Below are positions 57,068-64,000 of a stretch of DNA of 64,000 bases, one piece after another. How positions within the stretch are numbered: position 1 is the stretch's first letter; each line of letters begins with the position of its first letter. The stretch covers positions 71,786 to 135,785 of the forward strand of contig DATGGT010000123.1 of assembly GCA_035308395.1 (NCBI GenBank). The letters run 5' to 3'. Made by a program: the position numbers and the translations under genes. The notes below the pieces were generated by a model that saw nothing but the letters and a program-made list of their open reading frames with translations, ran no database searches and was not told the DNA's origin. This stretch comes from Terriglobales bacterium (GTDB lineage Bacteria; Acidobacteriota; Terriglobia; Terriglobales; Acidobacteriaceae).

Positions 57068-58678
57068 ATGCCGGTTTCAAGCGGTTCGAAGAGTGGCACG
57101 AAGTACGACGTAATCGTCGTCGGAGGAGGCCACAACGGCCTCACCAACGCCGCCTATCTCGCCAAGGCGGGAAAGAAAGTGCTAGTGCTCGAACGTCGCC
57201 ACATCCTCGGCGGCGCGGCGTGCACCGAAGAAGTTTTTCCCGGCTTCAAGTTCTCGGTTTGCTCCTACGTTGTCTCCTTGCTGCGGCCGGAAATCATTCG
57301 TGACCTCGATCTTCCCCGCCACGGACTTGAGATTCTCCCCCTCGATGGCACGTTCACTCCGATGCCGAACGGCGATCACCTCTGGCGCGTAAACGATCAC
57401 GGCAAAACGCATCGCGAAATCGCGCGCCACTCGCGCGTTGACGCCGAAGCCTACGACGAATTCGGCAAAGCCATGCAGGCGATGTGCCGCTTCGTGAAGC
57501 CGATCTTGAGCATGATTCCGCCGGACCCGGCGACTTTAAATCCAAAAGAATTGATGAAGCTGCTCTTCATCGGACGCCGCTTTCAAGGCATGTCGAGCGA
57601 GGACAAATACAACCAGGTCCAGCTCATGACCATGAGCGCCATCGATTTTCTCGATCAGTGGTTCGAGACCGATGTGCTCAAGGCCACGATGTCGGCGTCG
57701 GGGATCATTGGAACATTTCTCGGCGTGCGCTCTCCGGGCACCGCGTACGTTTTGCTGCATCACTACATGGGAGAAATCGACGGCGCGTTCCGCGCCTGGG
57801 GATTTGCGCGCGGCGGCACGGGAGCAATCTCAAATGCGATTGCCGACGCGGCTCGCGAGGCCGGAGTCGAGATCCGCACCGAAGCTCCGATCGCGCAGAT
57901 CATGGTGAAAAACGGCAAGGCCATCGGCGTCGCGCTCGCGAACGGTGACGAGATTTACGCCGATGTCGTCTCTTCGAGTGTCGACCCGCGACTGACGTTT
58001 ACAAAAATGATCGAGCCCGGCCATCTGCCCGACGAGTTTATGGAGGGCGTGAAACGCTACAAATTCCGCGGATCGTCAGGCAAGGTCAATATGGCGCTCG
58101 ACGGCTTGCCGAATTTCAAATGCATGCCCGGAGTCGGCGCACACTTGCGCGGCGCTATGTCCATTTCGCCAAGCGTGGAATACATGGAAAAGGCCTACGA
58201 CGAAGCGAAGTATGGCCACTGGTCTTCGCATCCCTACATCGACATGGTGATTCCGACGCTGACGGATACGTCGCTTGCGCCGCCAGGGAAACACATTCTC
58301 TCGTGCTTCGTGCAATACGCGCCGTACAAACTCGCACCCGGCCTTGATTGGGACACGGAAAAAGAAAAGTTCGGTGACAACGTCGTCAACACCATCGCCG
58401 AATATGCGCCGAATATCAAAGACATCATTCTGCACCGTCAGGTCGTCACCCCGCTTGATCTCGAGCGCACCTGGGGACTGACGGAAGGCAATATTTTTCA
58501 GGGCGAGCTTTCGCTCGAACAATTATTCTTCCTGCGACCTGTCGCGGGATGGGCTCAATTCCGCTCGCCGATCAAGAATTTATACATGTGCGGATCGGCG
58601 ACGCATCCCGGCGGCGGCATCATGGGCGCTCCCGGACGACTCGCGGCACTCGAAATCCTGAAAGACGGAGCGGCATAA
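57068..58678 (+). CDS. NAD(P)/FAD-dependent oxidoreductase, CrtI/PYROXD2-like (paralog 1)
   Basis: YDVIVVGGGHNGLTNAAYLAKAGKKVLVLERRHILGGAA..., C-terminal LYMCGSATHPGGGIMGAPG. Confidence 0.85.
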   Translation: MPVSSGSKSGTKYDVIVVGGGHNGLTNAAYLAKAGKKVLVLERRHILGGAACTEEVFPGFKFSVCSYVVSLLRPEIIRDLDLPRHGLEILPLDGTFTPMPNGDHLWRVNDHGKTHREIARHSRVDAEAYDEFGKAMQAMCRFVKPILSMIPPDPATLNPKELMKLLFIGRRFQGMSSEDKYNQVQLMTMSAIDFLDQWFETDVLKATMSASGIIGTFLGVRSPGTAYVLLHHYMGEIDGAFRAWGFARGGTGAISNAIADAAREAGVEIRTEAPIAQIMVKNGKAIGVALANGDEIYADVVSSSVDPRLTFTKMIEPGHLPDEFMEGVKRYKFRGSSGKVNMALDGLPNFKCMPGVGAHLRGAMSISPSVEYMEKAYDEAKYGHWSSHPYIDMVIPTLTDTSLAPPGKHILSCFVQYAPYKLAPGLDWDTEKEKFGDNVVNTIAEYAPNIKDIILHRQVVTPLDLERTWGLTEGNIFQGELSLEQLFFLRPVAGWAQFRSPIKNLYMCGSATHPGGGIMGAPGRLAALEILKDGAA

Positions 58679-58681
58679 CCC

Positions 58682-60271
58682 ATGGCCGAAACTCGCGATG
58701 TCATCATCGTCGGTGGCGGACACAACGGTCTAGTCACCGCTTTCTATCTCGCCAAAGCCGGATTCAAGCCGCTTGTTCTCGAACGCCGCTCCCGGGTCGG
58801 TGGCGCTGCGATCACCGAGGAATTTCATCCCGGCTTCCGTTGCTCAACGCTCGCGCATAACGCCGGCCCGCTTCGCGCCGACGTTGTCCGCGACATGCAA
58901 CTGGAGCAGCACGGCCTCAAGCTGACCACTCCGGATGTAAATACGGTTTCGCTGCTTCCTGACGGCCGTGCGCTCGTTCTCTACTCCGACGCAAAAAAAG
59001 CTGCTCAGGAAATCGCGCAGTGGTCACAGAAAGACGCAGCTTCCTATGGCGATTTCGGCGCCGCTCTCGGCAAGATCGGCAAGGTTATCGGCGAGGCGCT
59101 CGCGCTCACTCCTCCGAATATTGACAACCCAAACAGCGGCGATCTCTGGGGGATGCTGAAGACGGGGCGGTCGATACGCAATCTAGGCAAAAAAGATTTG
59201 TATCGCGTCCTGCGCTGGGGGCCGATGGCCGCCGCCGATCTTGTCGCAGAGTTCTTCGACACCGAACCCCTGCGCGCGACCATCGCCGCACGCGGCATCT
59301 TCGGAACATTTCTCGGCCCGTGGTCAGCGGGCAGCGCACTCGTTTTGATGTTGCGCTCGGCGGCCGATCCAACTCCCGCCGGAAGCGTTCAGTTCCCTGT
59401 CGGTGGCGCTGGTGCAATCACACTAGCGATGGCCGCGGCGGCGAAACAGGCCGGCGCGGAAATCCGCACGGACGCAGACATCGCTGAGATTCGCGTGAAA
59501 GATGGCGTGGCCACTGGAGTCGTGCTGACATCGGGCGAGGAAATCTCCGCGCGGGCCGTCGTCTCGAATGCCGATCCCAAGCGGACGCTCATGCGACTCG
59601 TCGATCCCTCGCACCTGACTCCGGATTTCGTGCAGAAAATCAAGAACTATCGCTCGATGGGAACAGTCGCGAAAATCAACCTTGCGCTTTCGTCGCTGCC
59701 AGAGTTTACTGCGCTCAAAGCCAAGGGCGACGGCAATCTGCTCAAGGGCCGCATTCAGATCAGCCCTGAGATCGATTATCTGGAGCGCGCTTTTGACGAA
59801 TCGAAGTACGGCAATTTCTCGCGCAATCCCTACATCGAGATCGCGATCCCATCTCTGTCCGATCCGTCGCTCGCGCCCGCTGGACAGCATGTGATGTCGA
59901 TCTACATGCAGTACGCACCCTACAAGCTCAAAAACAGTGACTGGGAAACTGAGCGCACTGCCCTTGGCGAGACCGTGGTCAAGACCATTGCTCAGTACGC
60001 GCCGAATCTGCCGCAGTCGATCCTCCGCCACCAGATCATCACCCCCAAAGATCTCGAAACAACGTACGGTCTCACTGGCGGCCAAATCTTTCACGGCGAG
60101 TTGGCGCTCGATCAGTTTTTCACCATGCGACCACTACTCGATTGGGCCCGCTATCAAACGCCGATCGAGCGCCTCTATTTGTGCGGCAATGGCACCCATC
60201 CCGGGACCGGCCTCACCGGCGGCTCTGGCGCCAACGCGGCGCGCGAGATTGTGAAGGCCTTGAAGAAGTAA
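58682..60271 (+). CDS. NAD(P)/FAD-dependent oxidoreductase, CrtI/PYROXD2-like (paralog 2)
   Basis: RDVIIVGGGHNGLVTAFYLAKAGFKPLVLERRSRVGGAA..., LYLCGNGTHPGTGLTGGSG. Colinear with paralog 1, 3-nt gap. Confidence 0.85.
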   Translation: MAETRDVIIVGGGHNGLVTAFYLAKAGFKPLVLERRSRVGGAAITEEFHPGFRCSTLAHNAGPLRADVVRDMQLEQHGLKLTTPDVNTVSLLPDGRALVLYSDAKKAAQEIAQWSQKDAASYGDFGAALGKIGKVIGEALALTPPNIDNPNSGDLWGMLKTGRSIRNLGKKDLYRVLRWGPMAAADLVAEFFDTEPLRATIAARGIFGTFLGPWSAGSALVLMLRSAADPTPAGSVQFPVGGAGAITLAMAAAAKQAGAEIRTDADIAEIRVKDGVATGVVLTSGEEISARAVVSNADPKRTLMRLVDPSHLTPDFVQKIKNYRSMGTVAKINLALSSLPEFTALKAKGDGNLLKGRIQISPEIDYLERAFDESKYGNFSRNPYIEIAIPSLSDPSLAPAGQHVMSIYMQYAPYKLKNSDWETERTALGETVVKTIAQYAPNLPQSILRHQIITPKDLETTYGLTGGQIFHGELALDQFFTMRPLLDWARYQTPIERLYLCGNGTHPGTGLTGGSGANAAREIVKALKK

Positions 60272-60275
60272 TGCG

Positions 60276-61133
60276 ATGCACAACTCCGCCATCCTCCTCG
60301 TCTCCTGCCCTGATCGCATGGGGATTGTCGCATCGATCGCCGATTTCATCTTCAAACACAACGGCAACATCCTCTTCAATGATGAGCACGGGGACGAGGA
60401 ATCCAATCTGTTCCTCACGCGAGTTGAATTTGATATCTCCAGCTTTAGCTTTCCTTTCTCCGAATTCGATGTGCGCTTTTCCCCGCTCGCCCGCGAATTT
60501 CAGATGAGCTGGCGCGTTGCGCTCTCTGCCGAACGCCCCGGCGTCGCCATCTTTGTTTCCAAGTACGACCACTGCCTGCAAGACCTTCTCTATCGCCACC
60601 AGAACGGCGAACTCCAGTGCGAGATCCCGTTGATCATTTCTAACCATCCGGACAATCAGCGCATCGCCGATTTTTACCACGTACCTTATTTCGTGCTTCC
60701 CGTAACCAAAGAAAACAAACGCGAGGTCGAGAAGCAGCAGTTTGCCCTGGTCCGCGACCACAACTGCAGTCTCATCGTGCTGGCGCGCTACATGCAGGTT
60801 CTGTCCGGCGAGTTCATCGCGAGCTGGGGTGCTGAGCACCTGATCAATATTCACCATTCTTTCCTGCCAGCCTTCGTCGGGTCCAAGCCCTACCACCAGG
60901 CGTTTAAGCGCGGAGTCAAACTGATTGGCGCAACCGCGCACTATGTTACCCAGGTACTCGACGATGGCCCCATCATCGAGCAGGATGTCGTCCGCATCCA
61001 TCATCGCGACACGATCGACAATCTGATTCAAAAAGGCCGCGACCTGGAAAAGGTCGTTCTGTCACGCGCCGTTCGCTGGCACGTCGAAAACCGCGTTTTG
61101 CTATATGGCAACAAGACGGTAGTCTTCCAATAA
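60276..61133 (+). CDS. purU: Formyltetrahydrofolate deformylase
   Basis: ACT domain ILLVSCPDRMGIVASIADFI. INIHHSFLPAFVGSKPYHQAFKRGVKLIGATAHYVTQVLDDGPIIEQDV. Confidence 0.9.
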   Translation: MHNSAILLVSCPDRMGIVASIADFIFKHNGNILFNDEHGDEESNLFLTRVEFDISSFSFPFSEFDVRFSPLAREFQMSWRVALSAERPGVAIFVSKYDHCLQDLLYRHQNGELQCEIPLIISNHPDNQRIADFYHVPYFVLPVTKENKREVEKQQFALVRDHNCSLIVLARYMQVLSGEFIASWGAEHLINIHHSFLPAFVGSKPYHQAFKRGVKLIGATAHYVTQVLDDGPIIEQDVVRIHHRDTIDNLIQKGRDLEKVVLSRAVRWHVENRVLLYGNKTVVFQ

Positions 61134-61231
61134 CCTTGCGGCTAGCCCTGCGAAGACTCGCAATTTCTCCAGTAAATACGGGGCTTTCCCGTATCTCCCG
61201 CCGCTGTTTTGGGAAGGGGAAGAGTGCAGTC

Positions 61232-61249
61232 ACTTCCGTAACTTCCGTA
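61232..61249. repeat. Perfect 9-bp tandem duplication
   Basis: acttccgta acttccgta, in the purU / hypothetical-gene spacer. Confidence 0.9.
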
Positions 61250-61346
61250 ACCACCTAACGCATTGCTTTGCTGTTCCCTTTCGGTTTTACTAAAAGGACG
61301 GTCACCATTTTGGCATCACTACTGTGCGAACTCGAAGGAGCTGATT

Positions 61347-62828
61347 TTGGTTGAGGATCCCAAATGGGAGCTGGCACTGCTGGCGACCGTGCAGGGCTTT
61401 TACCAACGTCTGCTGAGCGAACAGCTTGGCGGCGAGTTACCTGCGCCCGCTGAACTCGCTCCTGACGTTATCAGCCACGTCGAAGACGTCCGCTCCACGC
61501 TCGATCAAATGCAGCGTTGGATACGGCTTCTCGACATGGCGATCACGCCCGCCATGCTGCGAATCGGAGTGCAATCGGACCTCGATCCCGAGGTTGCCGA
61601 GGCGCTGTTGCGATTTTTTGCGCGCCATCGCGACGATTCCGGCTCGAATCGCGACAAGACCGATCTGGTCGCAACCTTCTTATTCCGTCACCCCCGGGTC
61701 GCCGGCCAGTGGGAACAGCGCGGCTATGGTCTCGATGGCTCGATTCCGTTGTCACCGTTTGAAATCGCGCTGCTGGAAATTCTGTCCGAGTCTGACGTGC
61801 CCGTGTTGCCCGAATCTCACGTGCAATTACTGCGTGAATTCGGACCCTTGCTCGACCAGGCGAATCGCTTCCAGGACTTCAGTGCGCTGATGGATTCGGG
61901 CATTATTCCGCGTGTGCGCGATCTGAAATCGTCGCTCGGAGAATCCATCTACCATCCTGGAGTGCTGGCGACTCTGGCGCCTTACAATGCGGCGTTCGGC
62001 GATCGTTTTCACACGCTGTTTGCCGCCGCGACACAAGAGATTAAAGACTTTGCCAATCGCCTCGAAGAACTAGGCGGCAGCATCTTAAGCACAGTCGACG
62101 GCGTCGAAGTCACCGTCGAGCATGTTGCAGCTCTCAACGAGGGCGCGCTGCTGAAAGTCGACTACAGCGCAGCCCTCGAAAAATTTCGCCGCGTATCGCG
62201 CCTGAAAAGAGAACTGGAGCGCCGTCCACCGATACGACGCACCCATTCAGACTCGGCGCCGGCGGCCAACGCCTCGGCCGCTCATTCCTCCGGGAATGGA
62301 GGCACGGCGGCGGCTCCAGCGCTTGTGCCCAAATACTCGCCCGCGGCCATCACGCCACAGGCACTATCGGTTGAGGAAGCGAAGCTGCGGCGGGTGGAGG
62401 AGTCGATTCGTGTTTTCGTGCGCGTGGCCGACCCCAAGTTCCGTCAGATCGTGCCCATGCGCTTTTTCAACCTGATGCTGAGTCCCGCCGAGGTCGAAGC
62501 CTACACAGCGGATTATCTTGAACAGCCGGGGCCGCGCGCCGACGCTGCCCGCATGCTTCTCCGCATGGTCGCAGTGACCGCGCGTATCACCACTGAAATC
62601 GAAGAACTCAAGCGCACGCGAAATTCGCGTTCCGTATGGAAGCTCCACGCCGACTCCCTGGTCCTTTTGGTCGAAATGGGCGGGCGCCTGGCAGAAGCTG
62701 TCGATGCCTTCGCCATAACTATCGGCGAACAGGCCGAGTCGCAAGCCAGCAGCGAACCGCTGCGCAGTTCACTCGAAAAACTGCGGGAACGCACCGCAGA
62801 AGCTGCAAAGCTCATCGCCGCGTCGTAA
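61347..62828 (+). CDS. Hypothetical protein (about 493 aa), no recognisable domain
   Basis: ORF 61263..62828. AAGGAG lies 6 nt before in-frame TTG 61347. Two helical regions separated by an Ala/Ser/Pro-rich linker. Confidence 0.55.
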   Translation: MVEDPKWELALLATVQGFYQRLLSEQLGGELPAPAELAPDVISHVEDVRSTLDQMQRWIRLLDMAITPAMLRIGVQSDLDPEVAEALLRFFARHRDDSGSNRDKTDLVATFLFRHPRVAGQWEQRGYGLDGSIPLSPFEIALLEILSESDVPVLPESHVQLLREFGPLLDQANRFQDFSALMDSGIIPRVRDLKSSLGESIYHPGVLATLAPYNAAFGDRFHTLFAAATQEIKDFANRLEELGGSILSTVDGVEVTVEHVAALNEGALLKVDYSAALEKFRRVSRLKRELERRPPIRRTHSDSAPAANASAAHSSGNGGTAAAPALVPKYSPAAITPQALSVEEAKLRRVEESIRVFVRVADPKFRQIVPMRFFNLMLSPAEVEAYTADYLEQPGPRADAARMLLRMVAVTARITTEIEELKRTRNSRSVWKLHADSLVLLVEMGGRLAEAVDAFAITIGEQAESQASSEPLRSSLEKLRERTAEAAKLIAAS

Positions 62829-63254
62829 TCACGGAGTTCGCACTTTTTCAGCGATTTCCCGGCCCAATCTTCGAAAATCGCTAGTGTCCCACGTATAGAT
62901 TGTGGATGCCCTTGCCTTCATCGCACACGAACCGATGAGAGAGTCGTAGATAGTTCCGCCAGTGATGCCGGCGTTTGCAGCCGCTCGAATCGCCTCTCGA
63001 TACTCCCGCGCATCGAGAGATACGATATCAAGATGTTCCTCGACTGACTCGAGAAACAACAGAGCCTGATCCGCATTCAGTCGCAGCTCTCCGGGCAAAC
63101 GAGTTAACGTTGCGTATAGTTCGGCGAGGCTATGGGCGGCGCAGGAGACAGTTTTCGGGGTTGCACCAGCAAAAAGCGAATGGCTTCGTTCGTGATGTTC
63201 GTGACTCTCAATGCACGCAGCAACCAAGACCGATGTGTCGAGGAATGTTTTCAC
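62829..63254 (-). CDS. vapC: PIN-domain toxin VapC
   Basis: MKTFLDTSVLVAACIESHEHH..., later GGTIYDSLIGSCA. 4-nt overlap with the upstream antitoxin. Confidence 0.85.
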   Translation of the reverse strand: MKTFLDTSVLVAACIESHEHHERSHSLFAGATPKTVSCAAHSLAELYATLTRLPGELRLNADQALLFLESVEEHLDIVSLDAREYREAIRAAANAGITGGTIYDSLIGSCAMKARASTIYTWDTSDFRRLGREIAEKVRTP

Positions 63255-63526
63255 GGCTTACGGCCCAACACTGATTCCTCGCGGTCCCGGCGCACGCGTC
63301 GGATAGTGTCACGAACAACGGACGCCTTCAAGGGAGTTTTTGCCCGAAAAACCCACACACCTTGTTTCTTGTACATCGATCCATTGGCTCGAACCGGGCG
63401 CAGAACTACGTGGTCCTCAAACGACTCCAACTCGAGTGTTTCTCCAGGCTCCAGCTGTAACTGTTCACGGACCGGCTTGGGAAGAACCAAACGTCCCGCC
63501 CGGTCGATGCTTAGCTTGGCATTCAT
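63251..63526 (-). CDS. vapB: AbrB/SpoVT-type antitoxin VapB
   Basis: MNAKLSIDRAGRLVLPKPVREQLQLEPGETLELESFEDHVVLRP (swapped-hairpin AbrB motif). Start set at ATG 63526. Confidence 0.8.
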   Translation of the reverse strand: MNAKLSIDRAGRLVLPKPVREQLQLEPGETLELESFEDHVVLRPVRANGSMYKKQGVWVFRAKTPLKASVVRDTIRRVRRDREESVLGRKP

Positions 63527-63527
63527 A

Positions 63528-63542
63528 ATGGTATTATACCAT
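63528..63542. promoter_or_regulatory. Perfect palindrome (likely VapB operator) overlapping a TATAAT box on the minus strand
   Basis: ATGGTAT-T-ATACCAT. On the minus strand it reads ATGGTATAATACCAT and ends 1 nt before the vapB ATG. Confidence 0.4.
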
Positions 63543-63578
63543 CGATAATGCCATTTTGTTCTCCGCGAAAGCTCGCCC

Positions 63579-63616
63579 AAAAACAGTGAGGGATGGGCCG
63601 CTAATGCCCATCCCTC
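63579..63616 (-). terminator. Rho-independent terminator after the RNase G gene
   Basis: GAGGGATGGGC-(7-nt loop)-GCCCATCCCTC, followed on the minus strand by ACTGTTTTTGGG. Confidence 0.65.
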
Positions 63617-63651
63617 GCCAAGAGCCTATTCCGCGTTCCTAAACTATCTGT

Positions 63652-64000
63652 TTAGTGAATATCGAACTGCTCCTGATGCAGCGCCGGATCCGACTTCACG
63701 ATGATGGTCTTCTTGGTCAATTCCTCCATCTCGTTCAGCAGCTTCGCGTTATTTGCCTTGAGCGCTTTCGCGACTTCAGGATTCACACGCAACATCACGT
63801 CACTATGCTCCAGATGCGACGATATCTTGCGCATCTCGACATAGACCTCGTTGCAGACGGTGTTGACCGCCTTCACGAAGCCGGTAGCCTGGCAATAAGG
63901 ACACGGCGATCCGATCGTCCGCTCCAACGACTGCTTGACGCGCTTGCGCGTAATGGCCACGAGACCGAAATCATTGAACTGCAGGACCTTCGATGGCGCG
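63652..64000 (-). CDS. Rne/Rng-family ribonuclease (RNase G-like), C-terminal fragment running off the window
   Basis: Own extension of the ORF to the window edge: ...FNDFGLVAITRKRVKQSLERTIGSPCPYCQATGFVK... (Zn-link CPxCxGxG region). Confidence 0.8.
   Translation of the reverse strand, partial: APSKVLQFNDFGLVAITRKRVKQSLERTIGSPCPYCQATGFVKAVNTVCNEVYVEMRKISSHLEHSDVMLRVNPEVAKALKANNAKLLNEMEELTKKTIIVKSDPALHQEQFDIH

Noticed and set aside
4205-61249. CRISPR array or mini-array among the short direct repeats
   Set aside because: All repeats are strictly tandem with no spacers, have only 2-3 copies, are 9-19 bp long and differ in sequence. No cas genes are present.

Overview
Moderately GC-rich bacterial chromosomal segment. 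Gene content (many TonB_C, PQQ-like beta-propeller, Ig-like and carboxypeptidase-regulatory-like secreted proteins, bshA, c-di-GMP proteins) suggests an Acidobacteriota-like soil bacterium; that is inference only. I can support about 60 protein genes, one tRNA-Lys(UUU), several hairpin terminators and a set of short tandem duplications. I saw no rRNA, CRISPR array, transposase, integrase or prophage. Housekeeping genes include bshA, alaX-like, pncB, mazG, ugd/uxs, pntAA-pntAB-pntB, purU and an RNase G fragment. Main points of interest: (1) a DUF3179 gene interrupted by one in-frame TGA at the first Cys of its CxxC motif, followed by an fdhF-like GGUCU-loop hairpin, so a candidate UxxC selenoprotein; (2) a GspH/FimT-PilV-PilW minor-pilin operon ending in a giant (~1130 aa) PilX/GspK-like protein with no PilY1, next to a divergent REC-PilZ-PilZ gene; (3) an operon of two PYROXD2/CrtI-like flavoenzymes plus purU, divergent from a GcvT-like folate enzyme and flanked by two APC permeases, possibly an uncharacterised THF-linked C1-releasing pathway; (4) a UDP-xylose synthase whose Rossmann motif lies upstream of any canonical start, implying a CTG start overlapping the ugd stop; (5) two occurrences of a secreted beta-propeller gene followed by a TonB_C gene, one of them a GAF-TM-TonB_C fusion; (6) many 9-19 bp tandem duplications sitting on gene boundaries. 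Functional calls come from reading the translations and remembered family motifs; no database search was run.
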